DNA of 64,000 bases from Lama guanicoe (Eukaryota): contig MU054212.1 of the NCBI GenBank assembly GCA_013239625.1, forward strand, positions 8,189,412-8,253,411, read 5' to 3'. The translations under genes were made by a program, and so were the position numbers. Shown here one piece after another: positions 11,601 to 24,140 of this stretch. A model generated the notes under the pieces. The model saw only the letters and a program-made list of their open reading frames with translations. It was not told the DNA's origin and ran no database searches. Position 1 is the stretch's first letter; each line of letters begins with the position of its first letter.

Positions 11601-13594
11601 TGTCTGTAAAATGTTCTTTTCCCTCCCTTGAATTTTATAATTTTGTCCTAGAGTGATACAGATGGAGTTAGACTAGAGTCCTTTTTTCCCTCCATAAAGG
11701 ACTATTGCTGAAGCCCATTCAGTCTCTGCATGTTTCCTGCTCTTAAAATACATAATAAATTCATAGTCTTTATTTAGGATATAGCTCTTGAAGGGGATAT
11801 GTTGAAAGAAATGCATTTTGAATAGGAGAAAAGAGAAAAACCAGCAAGGGAGAAATGGAATACTTTTCTTTGCATGAATAGTAGCAATAAATAAGCCATG
11901 GAAATAAAAAAATAAATATTGGGTTATAAGAGATAGAGGTTAAAGGAAAAGAGAGGTGTGCTGAACTGTATATATTTTTTTAATTTAATGCAATTAATAT
12001 CTTCCTAAACCAAAGCATTCTTATCAAAATATTAAGAAACTCTTGGCTGCTCACTTTCTCAGGATTTTTATTTCGAAACATGTGTTCTCTTTAACATTTT
12101 AACCTTTTGATCCTTTTCAACTTTATGTCCTCTGCTGTGGTTAATTTCCAGTCGGCTCCTTCCTTATTTATCCAGAACCAGGGCTGTGTAGGTTCCCTTT
12201 GCTTAAGAGCCACATCACTTCTCTGTATGTTTCTATATCATTTCTCTATACACGCTTCTACATCAAAAAGGAAAGAAACATCCATTCGTAAGTTTACTGA
12301 TAGAACTTGCTGTGTAACCAAGTCGGGGGCTCCATATCTCCATAGAAGTATGCACACAGGGAGTGGGTTAGCCATTGTTAGAAATGTTGAAGATAAAAGT
12401 CTGGTACTGGAGGGACACTGACCTTGGTGACCTTTGTTGGCCTCCCTAGCTTAATATGCGATAATTCTACCCAAAGGTCCTGGTATAGAGAAAGTGGTCC
12501 CTGTTCATGTTTGTTATAGCCTGTGACAGCACATGGGAAGCTTCTGGGCAGATGATTTTCTTCTCATTTAAGATTTTGAACTTAGGACCCTGGAACTTTC
12601 CTTTTGATAGGGGATGCAAAATGAAGTCAGCAGAAGGAAGTGCCTGCTTTGATCGGCTAACGTAGCATCCTCATCTAAAACTGTTTACAAACCTTCACGT
12701 TTGGCAGAAGGCAGAGTATAGCGGCATGTGAATCAAGGGGCCGTCTGCTCTAAGAAGGCGCTTTCTAAAACAGTATCAGCAGAAACCAAACTTGCAAATC
12801 AGAAAACATGAAAATATTTAGTACGATGAAAAGACCTCTAAAGGGAACGCTGATTGGCTCTTTAGGTTGCCAGGAGGAAAGGTTACGAGATTCTCGACTC
12901 AGAAGTTGATGCCCAGCGCGCCCTCCACCTGAATGCCTTCTGTGACTCCCCTAATCAGACTCCGTTTCCCTTCCTCCACACCCCACGGCACACCAGCTTG
13001 CTCCTGTGCAGCCCGTGAGCTGCCGGGCCCTGTGTTGTGGTTAGGTGTTTTTATGCTGATCTCTACATTATAAAAAAGCCCATTTTGTTTCATATGAACC
13101 ATTAGATTAGTATGTGTTTGCGCTGGTTTCAAGTCTTTATTCATTCACACTCTCTAGCGGCTACAGTCCTTTTAAGAGCTTATCCCAGCGTAACTGGACA
13201 GAATGTTACAAAGAAATAAGGAAAACCCATCAGTCTTGAAACAGCACGGCATCCCAGATCCATGTTTTTAAGGGAGGGTGCTTTGGCAATAAACATTCTA
13301 TGAAAAAAAAATTCTATGAAGAGGGTCAGCCTCCCTCTTGACAGCTGAGGGTATTACTTGCTTTGTATTAAAAGTATTAAATAGTCTAAGAGAACCAACT
13401 ACAATGTTTTAATTTAATTTTTCTGTTATACTGAAAAATACATGAATTCTAGAATACCCTGGCTAAGATGCTGGGGGAGAGGCCAGGCGTCGTGAACTAC
13501 AGACACGCAGGAAGTAGATTTGGGGAGCGCTTCAGTGGTGTTAAAGGCAAACACACCTGGGGATGGTGCCTCACACGCTGCTTTTACATCGCAG

Positions 13595-13808
13595 GTAATT
13601 CCAGTGGAGAAGCTAGTGAAAGGGCGCTTCCAGGACAACCTGGATTTTATTCAGTGGTTTAAGAAGTTCTACGATGCTAACTACGACGGGAAGGAGTATG
13701 ACCCCGTAGAAGCACGACAAGGGCAAGATGCAATTCCTCCTCCCGACCCCGGCGAACAGATCTTCAACCTGCCCAAGAAGTCTCACCACGCAAACTCCCC
13801 CACCGCAG
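13595..13808 (+). CDS. MAPRE2: MAPRE2 coding exon, 214 nt, end of CH domain and start of linker
   Basis: tcgcag|GTA ATT CCA...; [71 protein letters not shown](G); donor CAG|gtgcgt. Phase 0 in, phase 1 out. Contained in ORF 13520..13816. Confidence 0.98.
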
Positions 13809-14659
13809 GTGCGTGAAATCCTCGAGTCACTGTCATTGTAGAAAATGGCTCAGGCCCTCCTGTGTTTTACTGTGTTTGATGGATTCTTCCCAGCAGTCAG
13901 CACTGTAAAGCCTCTGGACGATTTTTATTGTTGTCTGTCTGACCACATTTATCTTCTCAGCAGTGACCCACCTGTTAAAAGTCTAATGATCAGGATTTAA
14001 ACTGTTAAAAAGGTAGAGCAGTCCACTTTATATCATATATGAAGCTGTATGTTAAAATAATACTTGAGGGATAGATTTCTTTTTGTACTTTTTTCTGACA
14101 AATTTCAAGTAGTCTGCTGAAATTCCAAGCAAAATATTTTTACTGCTTGATGGCTGGCAGTACAGAGTAGAATATGAACCGATTTACACTCTTAAATAGG
14201 GATCATCATCTGTAATCCTTCGAAGGAAATTCAGGAAATATCCATCCGGTCTCCTGTACAGGCAGTGCCAATTTTTTCTGGGACAACATTCAGCAGGACC
14301 TCACTTATCCAATTTCGTCCAAAGGTTACATCATTGGGGATAAATACCAAAAACTTATGAAAAAATTTTTTAACTATTTTGGATAAAAATCTTTCTGAAA
14401 TATAAACGTTCTTGCCATAAAAAACAGACTTTACCAATTAGAATGTGTTCTTGTAAAATGAGGGTCATTATTATAAACACCAGCTGTGGTACTGGACAGT
14501 TAAAACAGTGAAATCCTTGGAAACCGTTTGTTTCTGTTCTAAAAACCAGTGTTCCATGCTTGTTAAATTAATAACCTTAGTTGTGTAAATAATACCAATT
14601 CCTTATGTATGCCCAACCTCCGGTAAGAATGATTAGAAATGGTTATTACAGGACTAATA

Positions 14660-15400
14660 CTGAACAATGCGTACATGCGTCTGGAACTCGAAGTGTCGGT
14701 GGGAGGTCAGCATTTGGGAGTCTTCCATATCCAGGTGATTGAGGCTGGAAGCGAGTTCTGAGTGGGAAGACAGAGTCTCTGAGGAGCTCGAACGTTTACT
14801 ATTTGGGCAGAAAAGGAAGGACTCGCCTAGGAGCAAGGAAGATGCCAGAAAGATGCAAAGACATGCAGGAGTGATGTATCAGGGAATCGAGAGGAATGGA
14901 GCAGAACGGTCCACAGTTAAATCTGCTGAGAAGTCAAGAAAAAGGAGGGCTGGAAGAGTCCTTTGGATTTTTCAACTTGGGGGTCACTCAGTGGAATGAT
15001 GGGGCCAAGAGTGGGTTGAGGAATGGGAGGAAGGAGATTGAGACAGCTTCAAAATACGACTCTGAAGCTTCAGTGAAACAGACTCAGCACAGTTCTTTGG
15101 GAACACATACATTTAAGAGGCAAGAAGGGAAAAGAGGAAGCTTAGAAGGAACATCAGGGAAAAAATCAGGAAAGTTCAAATCAGAGAACAAACAGTAGGG
15201 CATTTCTAGAAAAGAGGAATCACCAACAGCACCGAATAGTAATTGTTGGGGGGGATCAAACAGGAAAATTGGCCAAAGAAACCTGCCTCCTGGGAGGTGA
15301 CGGCTAGTCCTTTAGAGAACGGGTCTGTTGAACGGCACACCTAGACTGCGGCGGCTTAACCAGGGCAGACACGGCAGATGCGAAAGGGACATGGGAGAGG
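14660..15400 (-). mobile_element. Highly diverged L2 relic
   Basis: Purine-rich stretch with L2-like blocks such as gtgggttgaggaatgggagg...attgagacagc and ctttgggaacacatacatttaagaggcaag. Confidence 0.45.
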
Positions 15401-16759
15401 AGATTCACCTTCAACCAATCAGTCAGGAAAAAAGGGGAGGAAAATAAAAAGGTTCTGTCCATGTCGGGAAGAAGCCGACAGCAGCTCCAGGCAGTAAGGC
15501 TGGGAGGAGAATGGGCTTGTCCTTGACTGGATTTTGTTTGCTTTTAGGATGAGGCACCATATGCAGGTTTGGAAGATGGGAAGACAGGTCCCTGAGAAAG
15601 GAATCATTGAAAATAGGGAAAGGGAGGGGAAAACTGGTGGAGCCTGACCCTGAAGCTGGAGAGGAGACAGGGTCAAAGGCATGGGGAGAGGGGGAGAGAG
15701 GAAAGGGACTGCTGACTGCTTTGGCACAGAAGTGCGGGGAAGAGGTTGGGTAAAAATTAAGCCACGAGGAGTCTGGGGAACAAAAATGTATGGCAGTTCA
15801 AATTGGCCTTCAACTTTTGTCAGAAACTGTCATTATTCTCAGACTAGGACAGAGAGGAGGGGCGGTGTGTTTCTCCCAGGCTGGGGAGTCGGTGGTCAGA
15901 TGAGTGGGAGGACCGGAGGATGAGAAAACCAAGGGTGGCTGGCACCTCTCCCCTGAAGGTCTGTTTCCATAGCCCTTAATGATGTACGGACTGATCTGGA
16001 AACCCAGCTGCCCCCTTTTCAAGGTTTCTGCAGTGGAATCGCACAGGCCTCAGAACAGCTTTCTTCCATAGTCATAACGTGTCCTTAAATCAGCACCGAC
16101 AATTCTGCTCCCCCAAACTGAACGGTCATCACACCGCCTTGGCCTCGTGTTCCAGGAATTCCCTCATCTGTCTTTCACAGAAGCCACAGAGAAACTTGTG
16201 CCATTTTGATAGAATGTCTGTGAACCCGGATGAGAAATATATTGTTTCCAGAGCTTAACCTCTCGGGTGACAAAGCTCAGGAAACACATTAAAGTCAGCA
16301 GATGATAAATTTGGGTTTTAATGCTCCGGAAGGCAGTATTCCTAAGGCTTGTGTTCCTGGTCTTGATCACGTTTGCTTCATTGGTCGTCATCAAGGAGAA
16401 GGGATATTTTCAGGAGTCAAACCGGCCATACCCTTTTGTATGAAATACGTTCTGACTTGTGAACATTGTGGGACAGTAAAACTGTGCTGTGAAAAAAGTT
16501 ATAGGAAGGTATACATCACATGTAGAACATTGTTTTAAAAGCTATAATAGGAGAAAGCTCCTATAAATATACAGTGAGACTTCATTTTTTTCTAGAGGTC
16601 ATGTATCTAACACTTGGGAATACAGCCAAGAGAATGTAAACCAAAATGTCATCTGAAAGTCAGAACAGGTGTAAAATCTGTGCTATAAAATTCATGCACT
16701 GTATTCTTGACATGAGGAAGAGTTCCTAGAATTCTTATCCAAAATCTATTTGCTCTTTC

Positions 16760-17730
16760 TTATTTATTTATTTATTTTATTTAATTCATATTTTTGTTTT
16801 TTTTAATTGCTGTCTTGTATACATTATAATACATTTATAATTATATACATTGTATGTCTGACATACATTGTTAGTTTCAGCTGTGCAACATAGTGATTTG
16901 GCGTTTCCTTTTTTAACAGAAGTATAGTTGATTTATAATATGTTCATTTCTGGTGTACAGAATAGTGATTCAGTTGTGTGTGTGTATTTATATTCCTTTT
17001 CATATTCTTTTTCATTATAGGCTATTACAAGGTATTGAATATAGTTCCCTGTGCTAAACAGTAGGACCTTGTTGTTTATCTATTTTATATATAGTAGTTA
17101 GTATCTGCAAATCTCAAATTCCCAGTTTATCCCTTCCCACCCCTTCTTCCTCCCTGGTAAACATAAGTTTGTTTACTATGTCTGTGAGTCTGTTTCTGTT
17201 TTGTAAATAAGTTCATTTGTGTCTTTTCTTTTTTTTTTTTTTTAGTTTCCACATGTAAGTGAATGGTATTTTTCTTTCTCTTTCTGGCTTACTTCACTTA
17301 GTATGACAATCTCCAGGTCCACCCATGTTGTTGCAAATGGCATTATTTCATTCTTTTTTTTTTTAATGGCTAAGTAACATTCCATTTTGTATAACTACAC
17401 CGCATCTTCTTTATCCAGTCATCTGTCGACGGACATTTAGGTTCCTTCCACGTCTTGGCTATTGTAAATAGTGCTGCTGTGAACATGGGGGTGCATGTAT
17501 CTTTTCAAGTCAGAGTTCCCTCTGATACATGCCCAGGAGTTGGATTGCTGGATCATGGATTCAGCACTTCTATACATTGCGAAACCATCACAGTAAGTCT
17601 AGTTACCACCAGCACCTTACAGAGTTAATACAGTACTATTTAGTATATTCCCCCTGCTGTACTTTACATCCCCGTGACTAATTTGTTTTAACTGGAAATT
17701 TGTACTTCTTGATCCCCTTTATTTGCTCTT
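16760..17730 (-). mobile_element. Older L1 3' end (L1MA9-like) interrupted by a younger L1 3' fragment at 16908-17557
   Basis: Both begin with T-rich tails. The inner copy runs gaagtatagttgattt...ggattgctggatcatg, bounded by a decayed TSD GATTTGGCGTTTC (16895-16907) / GATTCAGCACTTC (17558-17570). Confidence 0.8.
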
Positions 17731-19074
17731 TCTTAATTTGGACATAATTATAACAAACATGGGGATATCGTTTCTCAGCACATACCCTGTTATGGAAAGG
17801 AATACACTGATAGCCATAAAAAGTATGAGCATCAGTAAAAGAAGAGCCCAAAAAACTTATCAAAACCTCATATAAATAGCCCAGCGGCCTGAGCTCTTTA
17901 TTATTATTGAAGCAAATGGCTCTGTGCCTCTCAGTAGCCGTCAGGATCTGTGTGACACTGGCATGTACTAATTAATACACTCAGAGTTACCTTCTGATTA
18001 TTTTTTTCTTCAATTTACTGTTTTTAATCATCTCCCCCATGAACTATTTTTTAGTCTCTAAACTGGCCTTTCCACCTCTGGTCTGAACCATTTGAGGTGA
18101 TGCTTATCATATGTAAGTCTGACTTTGTTCATTCAAAATTTGACACATTAAAGTGCCTCAGGAGGTGAGAGCCAGCTCTGTGGGAGCCTCACGCATCTCC
18201 GTCACTGATCTCACTGTAACATGCAGGCTCATTTCTGTCTCCACCTCTGAGCCTTGGGCATCTCTTAGCGGCATTGGTAGAAACAAGCAATGACTGGTAT
18301 AATCGAAAACAGAAGATGGTCTTGTAATCATTTTTCTCATTTTAGCTTTGGAATATTTGGTTCATTTTGCGTGGCTTGATCTCTCTCCAAGTATTGCCTT
18401 AAGCTACTATTAAACCTAATTTGCATGTCCTGTCTCTAATTCATGAAGAGCGGTCCGTGGGAGCCCCAGAGCACGCTGTGGCCATGTTAGGGTGGAAAAA
18501 GTGATCGTGGGACGGATTATCCACAGTGATCATTAAGAAAGGACTGTCTACATGGGCAAGAAAAGAATTGTGTTTTTACATCATACAGACTCCTTATATC
18601 TAGCCATGCACTGTAGGTTATTTGCTTGTGTGTAAAATAGATGCACTCCACATGCTTGGTGAGAACGTGCTAGATTTTCCTGCCATTTCAGTCTGGATAC
18701 AAGATATTTTTCTGTGAATTCAGAGACGCCATGGAGCCCACTGGTGCTTGTGTATATTTGGGTGACTTAGCTGGGCTGTAATAAGCTCCACAGAGAGCAG
18801 AGACTGTCGCAAAGGGTGGGTGGCTGCTGGGTGAGTCTTTGTCTACATTCTGAGAAGTTGCATCTTGAATTGCTTTTGCTCTACCAACAAGTAGCATGTG
18901 GGAAAATACACATTTTCATAATGACATGTACATTTAGGTGCATTTATCATCGTGAGTCATGATGATTGTGAATTTATTGCTATGAGCCATACCTGTGACT
19001 CGAGGTGGCTGTCGGGAGAGATGAGTTTAGATGTGTGTGCATTTACCAAACTTAAAAGGAAATTTGAAGTTGCA

Positions 19075-19187
19075 GTTCCTATAGCAACCGAAGCTTAGAC
19101 ATGTTGCAAACCCACATATATTAATGTATTTAAGTCAAACTCCCATCTACAAATATAGTGTGATGGATTTAGAGTTGCTATGGAAAT
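19075..19187. promoter_or_regulatory. Pair of RFX X-boxes
   Basis: GTTCCTATAGCAAC (19075-19088) and GTTGCTATGGAAAT (19174-19187) versus the palindromic GTTNCCATGGNAAC consensus. Motif match only. Confidence 0.5.
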
Positions 19188-20620
19188 TGATTTTGAGCTT
19201 TTCCTTTTCCTTAGGGACTTCAGCATTCTAGCCTCAAAATAAGATTAATAGAAATACTAGAAAAACGATTTCAAAAAGGCAGCAACCTAAGAAGTAGAAG
19301 AGAATGGAGTATTTATTTGAATGATCACAATTAAATTCGTAAATGTAGATTTAAATAAATCCTAACAGTGTTTTTCCAAAGTTGTATTCTATATTTGAAT
19401 ACTGCCAATTATTTTCAATTTGGAGTTCTCTAAGGCTGTGCATATAACCTTAACAAGGTGACCACATTTATTGATTTTATTTGTTTAGCAGTGTTTACAT
19501 ATTTGTTGAGAACGTGTAAAGTAAGCATCGCCTGTCACCTCTGGGGAAAGAAGAGTTCCTTTAACTTTCCCCAAAAGTTTGCTTTTAGGAGAAGCAGTGA
19601 AATTTAACAGTTTATGGTGGGTGTTTTTTTTTTTAATCCTTGTTCCGATCTTGATTTAATAGCCCAGAATGTGGTCTGTCTTGGTCAGTGTCACTTGAAA
19701 AGAATATGCATTCTGCAGCTGTTGGTTGTATGGTGTTTTAGAAATATCCGTTAGATCAAGGTCGTGGATGGTGTTATTCAGATCACCTATGGTTTTACTG
19801 ATTTTTGTTGTTGTTATCTCATTCTAACAATTGCTGCAAAGAGTGTTAACACTGATTGTGGAATTACCTGTTTCTCTGTAAGGGAAGAAACTTGAGATTC
19901 TCTCGATTTTTGTCTCCTGTATTTAGGGTTCTGTTAGGTGCATACATATTTATGATTGTTGACTCATCCTGATGAATTGACCTTTGTATTTTTTGAGGTT
20001 CCCTCTTGATCTTTGGTAATACTCTTTGTCTTGATGTGTGTTTTATCGGATTTTAATACAGCCACTCCAGCTTTCCTACGCTTATTGTTTGCATGGTATA
20101 TCGTTCTCCATGATAGGTAAATTTCCACCTATCTTTGTCTTTATATTTAAAATGTGTCTCTTAGAAACAGCATGTAATTGGGCCTTGCATTTTTATTCAT
20201 TCTGATAATCTCTGGACATTGGAGTGTCCAATCTGCTGTTAATATAAGTTCTGATTTGGTGGGATTTAGATCTACCATATTATCATTTGTTTTCTGCTTA
20301 TCTCCTCTGTTTTGTGTTTCCCTGTTTACCTTTTCCTGTTGTCTTCTGAATTTTTTAAATATTTTTAAAATTTTTATCTTAATTTATTGCTTTTTAACTG
20401 TACCTCTTTGCATTAACTTTTTTAGTGATTGCTCCAGAGAGTACCATATATACTCTCATCTTTTCATAGTGTACTTAATATTACACCACTTCATGTAAAA
20501 TGTGAAACCCTGGCAACCCTTCCCTCCACTGTCCTTTGTTATAACTGTCGTATGTATTATATTATAAACATATATACATTATAAACCCCACAGGACAGTG
20601 TTATAACTTTTGTTTTAAAC

Positions 20621-20895
20621 CAGCACTGTCTAATATGATGGCTTTTGAGCACTTGAAATGTGCTTATTTTGCATTGAAATGTGCTGTATAAAATGCATGC
20701 TGAATTTAGAAGACTTAGTGTAGGGAAAAAAACATAAAACTAGTTACTAGTTTTTGTATTGGTTACATGTAAAAATTATAATTTGCCTATATTAATTTGC
20801 ATATATTAAAATTAATATCTTAAGATTTTTTTATGTGGTTACTAGAAAATGTTGACTTAACATGGTTCCCATTACATTTCTGTTAGGCACTACTG
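20621..20895 (-). mobile_element. MER33-like hAT-Charlie non-autonomous DNA transposon
   Basis: Termini cagcactgtctaata / tgttaggcactactg are imperfect inverted repeats; internal gagcacttgaaatgtg and atgtggttactagaaaat; decayed 8-bp TSD ttttaaac / ctttaaat. Confidence 0.75.
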
Positions 20896-21127
20896 CTTTA
20901 AATAGTCATAATTTTTTTTAAAAATTAAGAGGAAAAAATGTTTATTTTTCACATTTTTACCATTTCCAGTGTTCTTCATTCATTCCTGACTATCTGAGTT
21001 CCCTACTAATTTCATTTCTCTTCAAACTGAAGAACTTTGTTTAGCATTTGTTGTAGAGCAGGTGCAATGGCAACAAATTCTTTTAGTTTTCCTTTTTCTG
21101 TAAATATCTTTTTTCACCTTCATTCTT

Positions 21128-21281
21128 TTTTTTTTTTAATTGAAGTATCATCAGTTACAATATGTCAATTTCTGGTGTACAGCAGCAGACACAGCACAGT
21201 GTCCCAGTCATGCATATACATACATATATTTGTTTTCACATTCTTTTTCACTAAAGGTTATTACAAGATAATAGTTCCCTG
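21128..21281 (-). mobile_element. Short lineage-specific L1 3' end with 15-bp TSD
   Basis: Poly-T then aattgaagtatcatcagttacaatatgtcaatttctggtgtacagc. TSD TTCACCTTCATTCTT (21113-21127) / TTCATCTTCATTCTT (21282-21296). Confidence 0.85.
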
Positions 21282-23498
21282 TTCATCTTCATTCTTGATG
21301 ACTATTTCCCTAGATAAAGAATTCAGACTGATCTTTTAGTCCTCCCTCCCTCCCTTTAAAGATGTTGTTCCACTAACTGTGGTCTCCAAAGATAAGCAAT
21401 GCATGCTCATTCTAGTCATCCTTCCTCTGTACATAATATGTCATTTTCCTCTGGGAGCAGCCAAGATTGTCATTATCTTTGGGTTTCAGCAGTGTGGCTG
21501 TGATGTGCCTAATCATGGTTCTCTTTGAATTTATCTTGTTTTGGAGCCCATTAAGCTTCTTGAATCTGTAAGTTTATGTCTTTCACCATATTTGGGAGGT
21601 TTTCAGATATTTAAAAACATTTTTTTCAGCTCCATTCTCTCTCTCCTATTTTTCCATATGTTGGAGGTTTGGAAGTTACCCCACAGGTCCCTGAGGCTCA
21701 CTTCATTTTTTTCCAGTGTTCTCTCTCTTCTTTAGATGGTTTCTATTAATGTATCTTCAAGTTTACCCTCTTTTTCTTCTGTCACCTCCAGTCTACTATT
21801 GAGCATGAAAAAAATTCAACTGTTGTATTTCTTCAGCTGTAATTTTTCTTATTTTTTTCTTTCTGTGTTGAGATTGCCTACCTTTCGTTTATTATGAGGA
21901 TACTGAACCGTTCATGAAGCTGCTGCACAGTTCTTGTCTGCTGATTCCACCATTCTGACCATCTTACAGTTAGCATCTGTTGATTTCCTTGTTTCCTGGC
22001 TCTTCATATGTTGAATAATTTTGGATTGTGTCCAAACATTGTGATATTATGTTGTGGAGACTCTGGATTTTGTGGTATTGCTCTGATGAGTGTTGATGTT
22101 TTTGATTTAACACGGACTTAACTCAATTAGAGTCCAAGTTGAAAAGTACTGAAGACATTAAATGTCTCTCAAGGGATCTTAACCTTGACCTCAGGCCTGT
22201 GCCTTTATACAGGACCTCCTTTTCCTTATAACTGCCAAGATGCAAGTCTTCATTGACCTTTGAGAAACTCCACCCTTTAAACACAAATATTGCTCTCATC
22301 TCAGAGCCATCATTTACTCCAAGACATGTCTGCTCTTCAGACTAGAACAGTCCATAATGGCATTTGACCTTCTAGAACCCAGTAGGGGGTACGCCATCTT
22401 TCTTGTCCCTTCATGGTTTCTCCATCAAGATGAGGCATGCCTGTTTATTCCTACAACTTCCCAGTGTATACCTGCTGGATACTGCTGTCTCACAGTCCCC
22501 GGTCACCTAATCACATATTCTGCTACCCATATACCTACTTAAAGAATCAACTGTTAATTCTAAAAGACCATGCAGTGTCAACTCATACAAGGAGAAGATG
22601 TATTTTTCTTACCAGTCCCATAATTAGAGAGACTTCTTTTCAGTTAGGTGATAGCCCTTCTCCTTGTTATCTGAACAGTGTATCTTTCACTCAGTCCCTG
22701 CCCTGTATCAGCACTGCATGGCCTTGGCCTGTTCATATTAAGAAACCATCCTCTTGCTAAGCTGCACACAAGTTAATTCCTGCTCCCTTAGCTACATTAG
22801 CTACATTTAGGCCTGGAGAAAACGGGGGAAAAAGTTTATAAGGGGCCAATTAATTAACTTCTTAGAAGACCCCCCCCCCACTCCCTGGAAGGAGAGGGGT
22901 ATTGGTGGTTTTGTTCCTCCAGTCACACACCTGTTGTGTGAAATATGTAAGATGCACTGCTGAGCTTTGGGATAGTTTTCTCCTCAAAGAATAATCGAAA
23001 CAGTGTTTCCCTACCTGTAATACTGATAAAACCACAGCATAAAATATGAGCAGTGCTCTGCCTTGCCAGGATGCTGAATGAGTTTGGAAAGAGTTTGGAA
23101 ATACTGGGCACAGAGTGGAACTGAGAGGCGTGAAGCATTCAGGAGCTTCAGGTAGGAATTTTCTGGCAGTGTCTGTGGAAGAGGACAAGGGCGTCTTCCA
23201 AGGAAGAGCCATGCAATTTTCATTTCCATCCCAGTTTGTTTGCTTAATGAGATAGCACCTTAGATAGATGATTTATTCATTCATTTTATAAAGCTTTTCA
23301 TTATTTTGGCTTTTTGGAATCAAAATATGTCACAGTTTTGTTTTTAAACCAGAATTTTTTTAAGCTTAGTGATGAAAACCTCCAAAATGTTATGGTGCTA
23401 TGATTGTATATAACTCTTAAAATCTGAATCTAATGTGAATAGAATTTTTAATAAAAATGAAGTTAGGAAAAAGGGAAATATCCAAAATATAGAGAGAG

Positions 23499-23922
23499 CA
23501 GATTATCATATTACGTGAAGTAAGTCAGAGAAAGACAGATATCATGATACCACTTATATGTGGAATCTTAAAAATATATATATAAATGAACTTATTTACA
23601 AACCATAAATAGACTCACAGACATAGAAAACAAACTATGGTTACCAAAGATGAAGGTGGGTAGAGTAGGGATAAATTAGGAGTTTGGGATTAATATATAC
23701 ACACTACTATATATAAAATAGATAAACAACAAGGACCTACTGTATAGCACAGGGACTATATTCAATATCTTATAATAGCCTATAATGGAAAAGAATCTGA
23801 AAAAGAATATATATATATATATATATATGTATGTATAATTGAATCACTTTGCTGTACACCTGAAACTAACACAACATTGTAAATCAACTATACTTTGATA
23901 AAAATTTAAAAATTGAGTCATC
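23499..23922 (+). mobile_element. Artiodactyl-type L1 3'UTR fragment with 14-bp TSD
   Basis: gtgaagtaagtcagagaaagacag...aaggacctactgtatagcacaggg...aacattgtaaatcaactatact. TSD AAATATAGAGAGAG (23485-23498) / AAATGTAGAGGGAG (23923-23936). Confidence 0.85.
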
Positions 23923-23939
23923 AAATGTAGAGGGAGTCA

Positions 23940-24140
23940 GCTAAATGCCAGCTATTGTTCTAAACACTTAATCTGCATTAGCTTAATTTGGCTTCACAAC
24001 AATCCTAAACAGTAGACATTCCGACTGTAGCCCTGTTTTAGAGTTGAGGAAACTGAGGCACAGAGAGGTTCAGTACCTTGTCAGGGTCACACGCTTGAAA
24101 TAAGGAACCAGGTGATTCCAGAGCCCAGTGCTCTTCAGCC
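23940..24140 (-). mobile_element. MIR SINE
   Basis: gaggaaactgaggcacagagaggttcagtaccttg is the inverted MIR core. Confidence 0.8.

Larger units (their letters stand above)
19630..22130 (-). mobile_element. Ancient L1, 5' half (endonuclease region and ORF1 side), interrupted by MER33 and a young L1 tail
   Basis: gcccagaatgtggtctgtcttgg...cacttgaaaagaatatgcattctgc is the reverse complement of the ORF2 endonuclease motif (YxFFSS..KIDHILG); T-rich antisense L1 composition throughout. Confidence 0.75.

Noticed and set aside
12850..12932. CCAAT box, RFX half-site and CTCF-like motif as an internal promoter
   Set aside because: Only partial matches; the CTCF-like sequence lacks the 5' half of the core.
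10933..13654. Disease-type MAPRE2 variants at human Y87, R143 and Q152
   Set aside because: The equivalent codons (TAC, CGC, CAG) are all wild type and the reading frame is intact.
22788..23101. Short direct duplications (ttagctaca x2, gagtttggaaa x2)
   Set aside because: Ordinary slippage-scale duplications with no further structure.
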